From Chlamydiales bacterium (GTDB lineage: Bacteria; Chlamydiota; Chlamydiia; Chlamydiales; JAAKFR01), in the NCBI GenBank assembly GCA_041395025.1, contig JAWLBH010000001.1, positions 630,001-662,000 on the forward strand: a stretch of DNA of 32,000 nucleotides, in the 5' to 3' direction. The position numbers and the translations under genes are program-made. Shown here in pieces: positions 16,945 to 25,642 of this stretch. The stretch's first letter is position 1, and each line of letters begins with the position of its first letter. The notes beneath the pieces were generated by a model, which made no database searches, was not told the DNA's origin, and saw nothing but the letters and a program-made list of their open reading frames with translations.

Positions 16945-18897
16945 ATGAATATACGTAATCTTTTTCCTGCAACAACTGGTGGTATAGAGCTATTCGATGA
17001 GTTTTTCGAATCAGGATTAGAAGAGAGTATTAGTCCTTTCCTCACTCCAAAATCGCGTAAATGGGGGAAAAATATTGGGCTAAAAAGCTCTCTTGTTTCT
17101 GTCATTCCACTTTTCTGTACTTTTATCTGTTCTTTTTTCCCAGGGAATGAAAGTCTTTCTCATCTTTTTCTCCTAATCACCTATTTCTTAGCTGGAATTC
17201 CAGCATTAATTGCTTCTATTGAAGATATTCTTAATTTTGAGATCAATATTGATGTACTCATGACTCTAGCAGCTTTTTTATCTATTTTAATTGGTAGTGG
17301 AAGAGAAGGGGCTCTTTTATTGGTCCTCTTCTCTCTTTCAGGATCTATGGAGGAAGCTGTTCGTACAAAGGCTAAGGGAGCGATTAGCTCTTTGAAAAAA
17401 CTTGCTCCTCAAAAAGCCTATGTTGTACAAAAAGATGGGACGCTGATCTCTCGTTCTATCAAAGATATTCCTCTTAAAACACAAATTCATGTGAAAGCAG
17501 GTGAATTAATTCCGTTAGATGGGCAAGTCGTTGCGGGTTCCTCTTCCCTGAATTTAGCTCATCTCACCGGAGAAAGTCTTCCTGTGACTTGCTCAATTGG
17601 AGATCATGTCCCTGCAGGAGGACGCAACTTAGAAGGGGCACTAACCATCTGCGTCACTCATACTAGTTCTAACTCAACCTTAGCTCGTATTATCCAACTC
17701 ATTATCCAAGCTCAAGAGACAAAACCCAAATTACAGAGATGGATTGATACTTTGAGTAACCGTTATGCGATTTCTATTATCTCTCTTGCTTTTATTTTTG
17801 CCTTGACCTTCCCCTGGATTTTTCATATTCCTTACTTAGGTGCTGAGGGATCAATTTATCGAGCTCTGACTTTTCTGATCGCTGCCTCTCCTTGTGCTTT
17901 GATTATTGCAATGCCAATTGCCTATTTAAGTGCTATTAGCTGCTGTGCAAAACAAGGAATCTTGCTTAAGGGAGGAATGGTATTAGATGCACTAGCAAAA
18001 TGTTCTACTATTGCAATGGATAAAACAGGAACATTGACAACAGGTAACCTTGTTTGTTTAGAAATGATTACAGAAAAAAATGACCAAACTTTGCTTTCTA
18101 TTGCCTATGCACTTGAACGTTCTGCTGTTCATCCGATTGCTCAAGCAATCACTAATTTTGCTGAAGCAAAAGGAGTCCTTCCTGCAAACATTACCGATTT
18201 TCGTTTAATTCCTGGGTATGGATTGGAAGGAAAGTTTGAAGACAAAGAGGTGCGTATTGGAAATCCTGACTGGCTATTGTCAGATATGAAACAAGTCGAA
18301 ACAATTAAAAAACGAGGAGAGATTGTAACTGTATTGCGTGTAGGAGAAGAACATGCTCTCTTTCGCTTTCGTGATCAAATACGTCCAGGTGTGATGGCTA
18401 CTCTACGTACCCTTAAAGAAAAATGGGGGATGCGCCTAATTATGTTATCTGGTGACCATGAAGCTAGTGCTCGCTCGATTGCAGAAGAAGTTGGATTGTC
18501 TGAATATTATGCTAATCTACGTCCCGAAGATAAACTGGCTTATATTTCCCAAGAAGAAAATTTAGCAATGGTGGGAGATGGCATCAATGATGCGCCGGCT
18601 CTTGCACACGCAACTGTTGGTATTTCCATGGGACAAGTGGGAAGTAGTACAGCAATCGATGCCTCTGATATCATTTTTTTGCAAGATCGTATTGATCTGC
18701 TCCATTGGCTTGTCAATAAAGCCCATCAAGTTGGGCGTATTGTTAAGCAGAATGTTTCGATTGCAGCAGCAGCGATTTTCTGTGCAACTATGCCTGCGAT
18801 TTCTGGATGGATTCCTTTATGGCTAGCTGTGCTTTTACATGAAGGGGGAACCGTCCTTGTTGGTCTAAATGCATTGAGACTATTAAGAAAGAGGTAA
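16945..18897 (+). CDS. Heavy-metal-translocating P1B-type ATPase (SPC motif; no N-terminal CxxC metal-binding domain)
   Basis: Motifs are DKTGTLT, TGES, GDGINDAPAL, the transmembrane ASPCALI motif and HEGGT in the last helix. It starts 2 nt after the VIT gene stop. Confidence 0.9.
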   Translation: MNIRNLFPATTGGIELFDEFFESGLEESISPFLTPKSRKWGKNIGLKSSLVSVIPLFCTFICSFFPGNESLSHLFLLITYFLAGIPALIASIEDILNFEINIDVLMTLAAFLSILIGSGREGALLLVLFSLSGSMEEAVRTKAKGAISSLKKLAPQKAYVVQKDGTLISRSIKDIPLKTQIHVKAGELIPLDGQVVAGSSSLNLAHLTGESLPVTCSIGDHVPAGGRNLEGALTICVTHTSSNSTLARIIQLIIQAQETKPKLQRWIDTLSNRYAISIISLAFIFALTFPWIFHIPYLGAEGSIYRALTFLIAASPCALIIAMPIAYLSAISCCAKQGILLKGGMVLDALAKCSTIAMDKTGTLTTGNLVCLEMITEKNDQTLLSIAYALERSAVHPIAQAITNFAEAKGVLPANITDFRLIPGYGLEGKFEDKEVRIGNPDWLLSDMKQVETIKKRGEIVTVLRVGEEHALFRFRDQIRPGVMATLRTLKEKWGMRLIMLSGDHEASARSIAEEVGLSEYYANLRPEDKLAYISQEENLAMVGDGINDAPALAHATVGISMGQVGSSTAIDASDIIFLQDRIDLLHWLVNKAHQVGRIVKQNVSIAAAAIFCATMPAISGWIPLWLAVLLHEGGTVLVGLNALRLLRKR

Positions 18898-18901
18898 GAG
18901 T

Positions 18902-21900
18902 ATGGTAGAGCCCAAATTGCCACCGGAACAAATGAAAAAAGCTATCAAAGAAGAGCTGGAACGTTTTGAACAGTGCTATTTGTGGTTAGAAAAGAGTATG
19001 CCTCGTCTATTTTTCCAAGAAATTGAAAAAGAATGGATTTCTCTTATTGTGCATAGCTTGATGGGATTTGAAGAACAGGATTTTTTTTCTGAAATTCATC
19101 TAAAAAATGCTGCCATCTCTCTTTGCATTGATAGTCCTGAAGCCGATGTAAATATTTTAAAAAATTACCCCATGTATGGGATTAGAAATTATACAACTTA
19201 TATTTCTCGAGAGTTGATCCCATTTGCCACAATTCAAGGTAAATTACGGATTGCCACGATTTATTTTACAGAAGCAATTGAGCTCACTGATCCTCCTCTA
19301 ACCACAGAAACTCGCCATGAGCTAAATCATCTCTTAAAAGCACGTCACCCTAATTGGTCGATGGGGAAAATAGATCGACTCATTGATCAGATTGTACCAC
19401 GCTTTTTACGTAAGATCCCAATTGAAGGGCAAGTATTTGCTGTCGAGATGTTTGAACGTGCACAAATACGTGACCATTGCCAATATGAAGTTCAATACGA
19501 AGAGAATTGGGACAGAGTAGATTCTCCTTCTATGTCTATCGTGTTGGCTTGGAAAAACGTGCCTAAACATAACTTTCTCTACCGCTTAGCACGCATTGTA
19601 CATCAACATAAGCTTGTAATGCGCCGTGTCAACGCAGCGTATATCAAACCCTATAAAACGCAAAATATTTTTATGCTTTCTTTTGAAATTCATGGAGCAA
19701 AAGGAGAAGCGGCATGGGAAGCCGCCGATATTGCAGATTTTTTGCAGGAACTCGTGACACTGAAATATTTTGGTTCACTTGATCAATATGATGCGACTTT
19801 TGTGAGTAAAGGATTATTACGTGGAAATCTTGCCAATTTCCTACGTGCGATGATGCATTTTATTCATCAAGTCTTGATTAACGTCGATCCTAATCTTTAT
19901 GATCTAGAAAATATTGAGGAAGGGTTATGTCGCCATAGTGAACTAACTATCAAACTCTGTCAAGCTTTCGAAGATAAATTCCATCCTCATAAACATAGTC
20001 TAGAAAAATTTGAGAAAAGTAGAGAAGAGTTTTTAGAATTAGTCGATCAACTTGATACAGGCCATGAATTTCATGATAAACGAAGAAAAAATATTCTTTT
20101 ACAGGGAATGAATTTTGTTAGCCACACTCTCAAAACAAATTTTTATAGGAATAATAAAACTGCCTATGCGTTTCGTCTTGATCCAGCTTATTTGGATTAT
20201 ACGCCTTTTGATAGGACAAAGCTCTTTCCTGTACTTCCATTTGCAATTTTTTTCATTAAAGGAATGCATTTTTTAGGATTCCATATTCGTTTCAAAGACC
20301 TTTCTAGAGGTGGATTACGCACCATTTTCCCTGAAATCAAAGAAAGAATGCTTGCCGAACGTAATACGATTTTTATCGAATGTTACCATTTAGCTTATAC
20401 TCAACAAAAAAAGAATAAAGATATTCCAGAAGGGGGAGCTAAAGGTGTAATTTTCTTAAAACCATATGAACGACTTGTTTCTGAAATGGCAATTCTATCT
20501 CGTGAAATGTATCTCACTGGAATGGCTTCTGAGGAGATTGAAACCAGGCTCAATACCTTTAAAAATGAACAAAAACTTGAATATCTCTATCAAACGCAGC
20601 GTTCTTTTATTAAGAATTTTCTCTCTCTGGTCAATTGTGATCTAAATGGCAATCTGAAAGCTAAACATATTGTTGATTACTGGAAAAAACCTGAGTATAT
20701 CTATTTAGGCCCTGATGAAAATATGCATAATTCTATGATCGAATGGATTGCCAGTGAAAGTCAAAGAGATGGCTATAGGCCTGGAGGGGCATTTATCAGC
20801 GGCAAACCAAAAATTGGGATTAACCACAAAGAGTATGGTGTGACTTCTCTTGGAGTCAATGTCTATATGCATGCGATGCTCAACTATTTAAATATTCATC
20901 CCGAGAAACAGGAATTTAGAGTGAAAATTTCGGGAGGTCCTGATGGTGATGTTGCAGGTAACCAGATTAAAAACCTCTATACTCACTATCCGAATACAGC
21001 AAAACTGGTCGCTCTTACAGATATTTCCGGAACGATTCATGACCCTAACGGGCTCGATTTGGGAGTAGTAGTTGAATTATTCAAAAAAGGGCAACCCATC
21101 CGCTTTTATCCTTATGAAAAGCTATCACCAGGAGGATTTTTGCTCGATCGTGAGAACCGACGTGAACCTACTGAGTATTTACAACAAACACTTTGTTGGC
21201 GAAATAAGGAAGGAAACATTATTGCTGATTGGCTTTCAGGGAATGAAACAAACACTTTATTGCGTCACAATTTACATCAAACACCAGCTGATATTTTTAT
21301 CCCTTGCGGAGGACGTCCTGAAACTTTGCATGATACAAATTATAAAGAATTTTTAGATGCAGAAGGTCGTCCAACCTCAAAAGCGATTGTAGAAGGAGCA
21401 AATCTCTATCTCTCCTCTTGGGCATGCCATTACCTTGAAAAAATGGGGGTTTTAATTATTAAAGATAGTTCTGCAAATAAAGGAGGAGTCATTTGTTCTT
21501 CCTTCGAAATTTTGTGTGGACTCACACTTACTGATCAAGAGTTTATTAAATATAAATCTATCTTGGTTGCAGAGATTTTAGAACGATTAAAAAAGTGTGC
21601 CTATGATGAGGGTTCTTTAATGCTCAAAGAACATAAAAAAGAAGGTAAACCTCTGACTGAGATTTCTGAGGATATTTCTAAACGAATCAACTATTTTACT
21701 GATCAACTTCTTGATTATCTAGAAACCATTGAACTTCCTAGTAATCCCAAAGATCCACTCGTAGCTTGCTTTTTGCACTATTGTCCAAGGATCCTACGTG
21801 AAAAATTTGAAACGCAACTTTTAACAAAAGTGCCTGATAATCATAAAAAAGCTATCATTGCATCGCATATTGCTGCTCGTTTAGTTTATCAAAGAGGAAT

Positions 21901-21973
21901 GAGATGGTTTCCCACTTTAATCGATATTCTTCCCCTCATTCTCCATGACAAAAAACTGATTCATTCAATATAA
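18902..21973 (+). CDS. Large NAD-specific glutamate dehydrogenase (roughly 1000-aa class)
   Basis: 1023 aa. Motifs are IPEGGAKGVIFLK (catalytic Lys region), GPDENM, GINHKEYGVTSLGV, ISGGPDGDVAGN (dinucleotide fold), IPCGGRPETL, IVEGANLYL and IKDSSANKGGVICSSFE. This is the pattern of the large bacterial/protist NAD-GDH family. Confidence 0.8.
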   Translation: MVEPKLPPEQMKKAIKEELERFEQCYLWLEKSMPRLFFQEIEKEWISLIVHSLMGFEEQDFFSEIHLKNAAISLCIDSPEADVNILKNYPMYGIRNYTTYISRELIPFATIQGKLRIATIYFTEAIELTDPPLTTETRHELNHLLKARHPNWSMGKIDRLIDQIVPRFLRKIPIEGQVFAVEMFERAQIRDHCQYEVQYEENWDRVDSPSMSIVLAWKNVPKHNFLYRLARIVHQHKLVMRRVNAAYIKPYKTQNIFMLSFEIHGAKGEAAWEAADIADFLQELVTLKYFGSLDQYDATFVSKGLLRGNLANFLRAMMHFIHQVLINVDPNLYDLENIEEGLCRHSELTIKLCQAFEDKFHPHKHSLEKFEKSREEFLELVDQLDTGHEFHDKRRKNILLQGMNFVSHTLKTNFYRNNKTAYAFRLDPAYLDYTPFDRTKLFPVLPFAIFFIKGMHFLGFHIRFKDLSRGGLRTIFPEIKERMLAERNTIFIECYHLAYTQQKKNKDIPEGGAKGVIFLKPYERLVSEMAILSREMYLTGMASEEIETRLNTFKNEQKLEYLYQTQRSFIKNFLSLVNCDLNGNLKAKHIVDYWKKPEYIYLGPDENMHNSMIEWIASESQRDGYRPGGAFISGKPKIGINHKEYGVTSLGVNVYMHAMLNYLNIHPEKQEFRVKISGGPDGDVAGNQIKNLYTHYPNTAKLVALTDISGTIHDPNGLDLGVVVELFKKGQPIRFYPYEKLSPGGFLLDRENRREPTEYLQQTLCWRNKEGNIIADWLSGNETNTLLRHNLHQTPADIFIPCGGRPETLHDTNYKEFLDAEGRPTSKAIVEGANLYLSSWACHYLEKMGVLIIKDSSANKGGVICSSFEILCGLTLTDQEFIKYKSILVAEILERLKKCAYDEGSLMLKEHKKEGKPLTEISEDISKRINYFTDQLLDYLETIELPSNPKDPLVACFLHYCPRILREKFETQLLTKVPDNHKKAIIASHIAARLVYQRGMRWFPTLIDILPLILHDKKLIHSI

Positions 21974-22136
21974 ATATTTTTCTAAAGATTTAAAAATAGA
22001 ATTTTTATTTTTTTTTAAAACCATTGATCATCAGTTCGGATTAAATCTCCTGCAAAAAGTCGAGATGGATGAAAATTCCTAAAGTCTGCTATCTAATGCA
22101 TTTCTTATGCTTCTTTCGAAAGAATATATCAAAATA

Positions 22137-23300
22137 TTAAAACATGAATCTTCTACTATAAATGCTTTGTAAAATTCCAAGCGCAGCCATTGTAACAAAA
22201 ACTGACGATCCTCCATAGGAGACTAAGATTAAAGGAACACCTGTGACTGGTAAAAATCCACACATCATACTGATATTCACAAGAATATGCATTGCAATAT
22301 AGACAGTCACACCTGCAGAGAGCATACAACCAAATCTATCTTTTGCTGCAACAGTCACTTGAAATCCAAAATAGATTAAACAATAAAATATAATTAGCAT
22401 CATCAGTAACCCTATCAATCCAAACTCTTCACCAAAAGCAGGAAAAACTGAATCGGTATATCCATAAGGAAGCCATCCTCTTCCGGTAAATTCACTAGCT
22501 CGCCAACCACTACCTGTGATCCCCCCAACTCCTATGGCAGTAAGAGCAGCCCATTGATGGTGGTTATTTGGATTAAGGCGTTCATATTGATATTCTTTAA
22601 GAATTTTTGTTGCATAAGGACGGATGTGTTCATGTGAGAAAACTCCTGTAAAAACCAGAAGGATAAAAATCAAAAAAAATGTCCCTAAAACCATCATAAT
22701 CCGCACAAAACCAGGATGTAGATTACCTAAATAAAACATGACAAGTGCAATTAAATAGAGGACTAAGGCAGTACCTAAATCAGGTTGCTTAAGAATCAAT
22801 AAGAAGGGAATGGCAAAAATAGATACTCCAATAATTGAAGTTCTCCAATTTCTAGCTTGAAACTGATTGCGTTCCAGAAACCAACTCAAGCTAATGACTA
22901 CAATGAGCTTTGCATACTCAGAGGGTTGTATGCTCACATCAATGAGAGGGATTTTATACCATCTGTGGACACTTTGAATGGTTGGGGCAAAAAAAAGTCC
23001 CACTAAACTAACAATCATGAGTAGATAGAGAATCCAAGCCCATTCACGTATCTTATTGTAATCCATCCCAGAAAAAAGAAAAAATACCCCCCAGCCAAGA
23101 AAAAAATGTTGGATTTGTCTTGTCACTTTAGGAGTCAAAAATCCATATTCATTCCCATTAATGCAAGCTGGATCAGTAGCCGCAATCACAAGTAAGCTCA
23201 TCACCATCAATGCAAGAATGATAGGAATCACACGCCAATCAATGCGAAAAATGAATCGATCGTTCCACATATACTCTCTCATGAGTATAATTTTTTTCAT
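22137..23300 (-). CDS. rodA: SEDS-family peptidoglycan glycosyltransferase RodA/FtsW
   Basis: Polytopic membrane protein with QPSEYAKL, KQPDLGTAL, TDSVFPAFGEEFGLIG and PVTGVPLILVSYGGSS motifs. The ATG at 23300 (MKKIILM...) is preferred because GGTGGTGGA lies about 8 nt upstream. The track's ATG at 23309 abuts that motif. Confidence 0.85.
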   Translation of the reverse strand: MKKIILMREYMWNDRFIFRIDWRVIPIILALMVMSLLVIAATDPACINGNEYGFLTPKVTRQIQHFFLGWGVFFLFSGMDYNKIREWAWILYLLMIVSLVGLFFAPTIQSVHRWYKIPLIDVSIQPSEYAKLIVVISLSWFLERNQFQARNWRTSIIGVSIFAIPFLLILKQPDLGTALVLYLIALVMFYLGNLHPGFVRIMMVLGTFFLIFILLVFTGVFSHEHIRPYATKILKEYQYERLNPNNHHQWAALTAIGVGGITGSGWRASEFTGRGWLPYGYTDSVFPAFGEEFGLIGLLMMLIIFYCLIYFGFQVTVAAKDRFGCMLSAGVTVYIAMHILVNISMMCGFLPVTGVPLILVSYGGSSVFVTMAALGILQSIYSRRFMF

Positions 23301-23838
23301 GGATATCATCCACCACCATTTTGAAAGCCTGATCTCAACAAATGACTGGGGAAAGCAAAAAATTCACACTTTCCCCCCCCATGCCCTCACACTCGTCACA
23401 GCCGATTACCAAGAACGGGGTAGAGGACAGTATGGAAGAAGATGGATCTCACCAAAAGGAGACAATCTATATGCGAGCTTCTGTTTTTTCATTGATCGAG
23501 ATCGAGAGGAACCTCTTTATTTCACTTATCTACTTGCCACCTCAATTATAGATTGTCTTAAATCATTTCGGTTATCCTGTACACTGAAATGGCCTAACGA
23601 TTTGCTAGTTGCAGATAAAAAGATTGGAGGCATTTTATGTGAAACAAAAGAATGCTCAACAAAAATTGGCATGATTATTGGTTTAGGATTGAATGTGAAT
23701 ATGTCTGAAGAGATGTTTTCCAAAATTAATCAACCTGCCACTTCACTGAAATGTGAAACAAAAAAAGTATGGAAAATTTCTAGAGTCTTAAAGAAAATTT
23801 TACTCTCCTTTCATAAGGCTTTAAACTCCTCTAAATGA
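23299..23838 (+). CDS. birA: Biotin--[acetyl-CoA-carboxylase] ligase, short class I form (no HTH domain)
   Basis: Motifs are STNDW and QERGRGQYGRRWISPKGDNLYASF (the GRGRxGRxW biotin/ATP loop), plus KWPNDLLVADKKIGGILCE. The first 46 codons of the track ORF overlap rodA antisense and are not BirA-like. Plausible starts are 23299 and 23281. Confidence 0.8.
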   Translation: MDIIHHHFESLISTNDWGKQKIHTFPPHALTLVTADYQERGRGQYGRRWISPKGDNLYASFCFFIDRDREEPLYFTYLLATSIIDCLKSFRLSCTLKWPNDLLVADKKIGGILCETKECSTKIGMIIGLGLNVNMSEEMFSKINQPATSLKCETKKVWKISRVLKKILLSFHKALNSSK

Positions 23839-23880
23839 TCTTAAGTAAACTCTTTCTTTTTCTTATTCACTTAGGAGTGT

Positions 23881-24654
23881 TTATAGTTCTAGACCTTCCA
23901 TATCAGGAATCACTACAATATCTGGATGAATTTTTGTCTGAATGATTTGCTGAATAGCTGATAATGTGGTTCCAATGGCAGAAAGACATGAAGTACAAGC
24001 TCCTTGATAAGAAATCGTGAGGGTTTTTTCTTCTAGCTTAGCAATCTGAATCCCTCCAGCATCGAGTTCAATATAAGGACGGATCTGTTCATCTAATAGC
24101 TTTTCAACCACAGCATATTTTTCTTTGTCAGAAAGTTGAGACCACCCAGGATAGCCTTCTGGTAAAGGCTCGTTTGGAATAGGCGTCGTATATTGCTTAG
24201 ATAAAGGAATATCTAGACATTGCTCAACTGCATTGTCAACTGCATCAATCACAAGATTGAGATACTCAACGAGTTCATCAGGAAAAGCTACTTGATCCGG
24301 TTTATCTCGTAACTGCTTATCTAAAAGCTCAGCACTCATTCTTCTTGCCTGATCATAGCTTTTACTAATAAGAAATTCACAGGCTACCTCAGCAGCTGCA
24401 ATCAGAGCTGATGGACCAAAGACTTGAAACTTAGCATCTACGATCACTCCATCCATCGGATCTACAAACCAATAAAAAGCAAGAGCACTTCCTTCTTCTA
24501 GAGATCCTTCAGATCCGATGACCAGTCGCATTCCTCGCTCATTTGCATCCTCTTCTTTAAATGATCCACCATTACGAGGAGATTCAATTTTACTGATCAT
24601 TTTTTTACTATAACGATTCCAAAGGGAAGTTTTCAAAAGATCATCGTAACTCAT
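23881..24654 (-). CDS. NifU-like protein: cysteine-less IscU-like N-domain plus C-terminal Nfu domain with CxxC
   Basis: The N-terminus aligns to IscU (YSKKMISKIESPRNGGSF, VIVDAKFQVFGPSALIAAAE), but the three ligand Cys positions read EEGS, GPS and NLV. The C-terminus IRPYIELDAGGIQIAKL...YQGACTSCLSA is a normal Nfu/NifU domain. There is a 14-nt overlap with the upstream nifS-like gene. Confidence 0.8.
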   Translation of the reverse strand: MSYDDLLKTSLWNRYSKKMISKIESPRNGGSFKEEDANERGMRLVIGSEGSLEEGSALAFYWFVDPMDGVIVDAKFQVFGPSALIAAAEVACEFLISKSYDQARRMSAELLDKQLRDKPDQVAFPDELVEYLNLVIDAVDNAVEQCLDIPLSKQYTTPIPNEPLPEGYPGWSQLSDKEKYAVVEKLLDEQIRPYIELDAGGIQIAKLEEKTLTISYQGACTSCLSAIGTTLSAIQQIIQTKIHPDIVVIPDMEGLEL

Positions 24655-25642
24655 GACTTAAACTCCTTAAGTGCTTCACAACTTCTAATGTTTCTTTAGC
24701 CGTCTTCTCAATGTCTTTTTGAGTGATGTCATGAGAAAAAGAAAAACTCAATCCACTATGGATATCTTGTCCTTCTACGCCACACTCTCGAAGGATATGC
24801 ATGAGATGCTGTAAATGGTTTCCTCCAAAAGTTGCATGATCTATTCCTCTTCTATTTAATAGATAAAGGAGCGCATCACTTGTCACGCCAGAAAAAATAT
24901 GAGCAGAAATATGAGGTAACCGTGTTTTCTCAAAAAACAGTCCTGGACCGATAATCTCTTCAAATTGATTACGCAACCTTGCTACCTCAAGACCAAAATG
25001 ATCGCAAAAGCGCATGGCTTCTTGTGCAGCTTTGGCAAGCATATGCAAACCCGCTAAATTTATCCTTCCCGCTCGCATCTGTGCTTGTTCATTGCCCCCT
25101 AAAATTAAGGGGCTCATTTCTACTCCTGCCCGCATAAAGAGTCCCCCTGTTCCATCGATGAATCCATCAAATGTAAGTAAATCCGCTTTACTTGCTTCAA
25201 GTGTATACTCTCCTTTTCCCAATACATGAGTCGCATCTACATGAAATACTATTCCTCGATCACGGCATAATTCTCCAATCTCAGCCACAGGCTGAATGAC
25301 TCCTGTCAATCTATTTGCCCAAGAAAGAGAGACCATGGCTGTACGTGGAGTTAAAGTTTCCATAACTGCTTGCGCAGAAATCTGTCCAAATCGATCTACA
25401 GGAGCTGTTACATAGGTACAATTCAAGTCAGTCAGGCGACTCATTGCCATGATAGCAGGGGCTTCATCAACTACTCCACTGATAAAATGATTTTTTCCTG
25501 TTTTTCGAGTCACATCCAAATAGGTGGCCAAAACTGCATGATTCACACTTTCAGCTCCTGAGGAAGTAAAAATAAAATGATCTTCTTTGTTTGCACCAAC
25601 AAGATTGTAGAGAATTGTATAAGCTTCTTTAAGTTCCATCAT
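24641..25642 (-). CDS. NifS/IscS-like class V aminotransferase-fold protein lacking the canonical PLP-Lys and catalytic Cys
   Basis: It aligns to IscS through IFTSSGAESVNHAV, LNCTYVTAP, IGELCRDRGIVFHVDATH, KADLLTF and GLSFSFSHDITQKDIE. The start is placed at the ATGATG at 25642/25639, a 14-nt overlap with the gpmA stop. The track ORF extends to 25801, which would overlap 173 nt of gpmA coding sequence. Confidence 0.7.
   Translation of the reverse strand: MMELKEAYTILYNLVGANKEDHFIFTSSGAESVNHAVLATYLDVTRKTGKNHFISGVVDEAPAIMAMSRLTDLNCTYVTAPVDRFGQISAQAVMETLTPRTAMVSLSWANRLTGVIQPVAEIGELCRDRGIVFHVDATHVLGKGEYTLEASKADLLTFDGFIDGTGGLFMRAGVEMSPLILGGNEQAQMRAGRINLAGLHMLAKAAQEAMRFCDHFGLEVARLRNQFEEIIGPGLFFEKTRLPHISAHIFSGVTSDALLYLLNRRGIDHATFGGNHLQHLMHILRECGVEGQDIHSGLSFSFSHDITQKDIEKTAKETLEVVKHLRSLSHELR

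Noticed and set aside
18578..18923. ORFs 18578..18826(+) and 18726..18923(-) at the 3' end of the ATPase gene
   Set aside because: They are nested in the conserved GDGINDAPAL...HEGGT region in other frames.
21072..21356. 94-aa plus-strand ORF inside the GDH gene
   Set aside because: It is an alternative frame of a conserved CDS.
22111..22124. Palindrome ttctttcgaaagaa just downstream of rodA as a terminator
   Set aside because: The stem is only 5 bp, all-AT apart from the TCGA loop, with no adjoining T-run in the rodA direction. It is too weak to call.
23161..23298. N-terminal 46-codon extension of the birA ORF, plus ORFs 23342..23551(+) and 23526..23723(-)
   Set aside because: The extension is antisense to the rodA 5' coding region and has no BirA similarity. 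The other two ORFs are shadows within birA.
25014..25561. Plus-strand ORFs 25014..25229 and 25370..25561 antisense to the nifS-like gene
   Set aside because: They are shadow ORFs with no independent support.
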